Shown here: one piece after another, positions 23,049-24,000 of the stretch | How positions within the stretch are numbered: position 1 is the first letter of the stretch | How the letters are laid out: each line of letters begins with the position of its first letter | Source of the DNA: Pseudomonadales bacterium | GTDB lineage: Bacteria; Pseudomonadota; Gammaproteobacteria; Pseudomonadales; Azotimanducaceae | Reading direction: 5' to 3' | NCBI GenBank assembly: GCA_965215035.1 | Contig: OZ244040.1 | Coordinates: 689,523 to 713,522 of the forward strand | DNA: 24,000 nt | Made by a program: the position numbers and the translations under genes | The notes under the pieces: generated by a model | The model's database searches: none | What the model was told of the DNA's origin: nothing | What the model saw: only the letters and a program-made list of their open reading frames with translations

Positions 23049-24000
23049 CAGGCTACCCGATAAACAGACTTCGGCAGGGGCGCTGCTTCATAGCGTCGCA
23101 CAAACTCCGGGTCGGTTTCCCGCAAACGCGCATAGTCCACACGGCCGGTGCGCAGCATGTAGCTGAACGCCATGGTGACGGGATCAAAATGAAGCCGGTC
23201 TTGCAAAGACTCATACCACTTAATGCTTTGTATCGCGGCCTGCTGAAACAGGTCTGCGCCGAACTGCCGATTAGCCCGATAGTAGGAAAACACCGAGTTT
23301 AGATCCGTCCCGTGCTCGCTGAACCCTTCCCCCAGAACAGCGGCGTCTCGCATGCCGACACGGGTGCCCGAACCGATGGAAGGGTGAACGGTATGGGCAG
23401 CGTCCCCGATCAGCACCACATTGTCCGTGGACCAGTGTTCGTTTTTGACGATTGCCGGATAGAAAACCCGCACGGTTCCAGACAAAAGGGGCTGCCCGTG
23501 GAGATACGGGGCGAAGATCTCTTCGAATCTCACGTCCATCTCCTGTGGCGTCATCTCACCAAACCCACCACGCTCCCAGACTTCCGGATCACACTCAATG
23601 GCGAAGCCCGATCGGTCCGGCCGATACTGGTAAGCATGGGCAATCACCAGCCCGATATCGGATTGTTCGAAGATCATCAGCGCCGGCGTGAACGGGTGCT
23701 CGGTGGCGTACCAGGCAAAGATGTTGCGCTGCGGTTCCACTTTGGATCCAAACCGGTCCTGGTAGTGCGTCCGGGTCCGGCTGTTGACGCCGTCGGCGCC
23801 GACTAGGACATCCACCTCTTGGCGCAGGGTCTCGATGTCTTCGACCGCTGTCTTAAAATGCAGATCGACACCCACCTCTTCGCAGCGGCTCTGCAGAATA
23901 TTCAAGAGCGCAATCCGTTCGATTGCGACGGACTCGCCGTCAAAGCCGGACTCCACCACAACAGTTTCCCCGTTGTGCACAAAACCCATAGCGGAACTGG
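23048..24000 (-). CDS. FAD-dependent aromatic-ring monooxygenase (partial; N-terminus lies beyond the window end)
   Basis: It has the DG motif LVGADGVNSRTR and the GD motif LIGDAAHTVHPSIGSGTRVGMRDA. The reading frame stays open to position 24000, and the GxGxxG FAD-binding N-terminus is missing, so the ATG at 23989 is not the real start. Confidence 0.85.
   Translation of the reverse strand, partial: SSAMGFVHNGETVVVESGFDGESVAIERIALLNILQSRCEEVGVDLHFKTAVEDIETLRQEVDVLVGADGVNSRTRTHYQDRFGSKVEPQRNIFAWYATEHPFTPALMIFEQSDIGLVIAHAYQYRPDRSGFAIECDPEVWERGGFGEMTPQEMDVRFEEIFAPYLHGQPLLSGTVRVFYPAIVKNEHWSTDNVVLIGDAAHTVHPSIGSGTRVGMRDAAVLGEGFSEHGTDLNSVFSYYRANRQFGADLFQQAAIQSIKWYESLQDRLHFDPVTMAFSYMLRTGRVDYARLRETDPEFVRRYEAAPLPKSVYRVA

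Noticed and set aside
19644-23806. Shadow ORFs 19644..20147 (-), 20494..20802 (-), 21866..22363 (+), 22537..22860 (+) and 23312..23806 (+)
   Set aside because: Each lies inside and antisense to, or out of frame with, a gene that has clear family motifs (MFS, amidohydrolase, flavoprotein, monooxygenase). Their compositions are Arg/Pro/Gly-biased.
1-24000. Search for CRISPR arrays, tRNA/rRNA genes, long tandem repeats, integrase or recombinase genes, and toxin-antitoxin or known defence gene signatures
   Set aside because: I saw no regularly spaced direct repeats, no cloverleaf-like or rRNA-like segments, and no recognisable integrase, nuclease, ATPase or TA motifs on either strand by eye. Absence by eye is not proof, and a computational scan (tRNAscan-SE, Infernal, CRISPR finders, DefenseFinder, PADLOC) would be needed.

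Overview
The window looks like chromosomal DNA from a Gram-negative bacterium, since it carries a TonB-dependent receptor and a lipoprotein-type signal peptide. A marine proteobacterial origin is a guess from gene content only. I see four blocks. (1) 1-7.2 kb is an intact oxidative catabolic cluster: SDR, cytochrome P450, DAD-like cupin, luciferase-like monooxygenase, acyl-CoA synthetase, NTF2/SnoaL-like protein and a TetR regulator. (2) 7.2-13.5 kb is a compositionally patchy accessory stretch full of gene relics. It holds a frameshifted IS66-type transposase remnant, a DUF1330 gene fused in the ORF track to a beta-propeller fragment, and two overlapping Lrp/AsnC genes. It also holds a signal-peptide-only amidohydrolase stub, an internally deleted D-aminoacylase-family ORF, a second LLM oxidoreductase, a very G+C-rich orphan ORF and a convergent ABM-domain relic. 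(3) 13.6-17.9 kb is a TonB-dependent receptor plus a Cys-type arylsulfatase. (4) 17.8-24 kb is an aromatic-acid or N-heteroaromatic-type catabolic locus. It contains a maleate isomerase truncated at the sulfatase stop codon, a LysR regulator, an AAHS-type MFS transporter, and an operon of FAD monooxygenase (runs off the window), WrbA-like flavoprotein and membrane-anchored amidohydrolase. I found no rRNA, tRNA or CRISPR array, and no recognisable defence or toxin system. The observations most worth a second look are the recombination junctions and decayed genes, the orphan G+C-rich ORF, the paired Lrp/AsnC genes, and the monooxygenase whose reductase partner appears to be a separate flavoprotein. 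All family calls rest on motifs read by eye and need HMM or BLAST confirmation.
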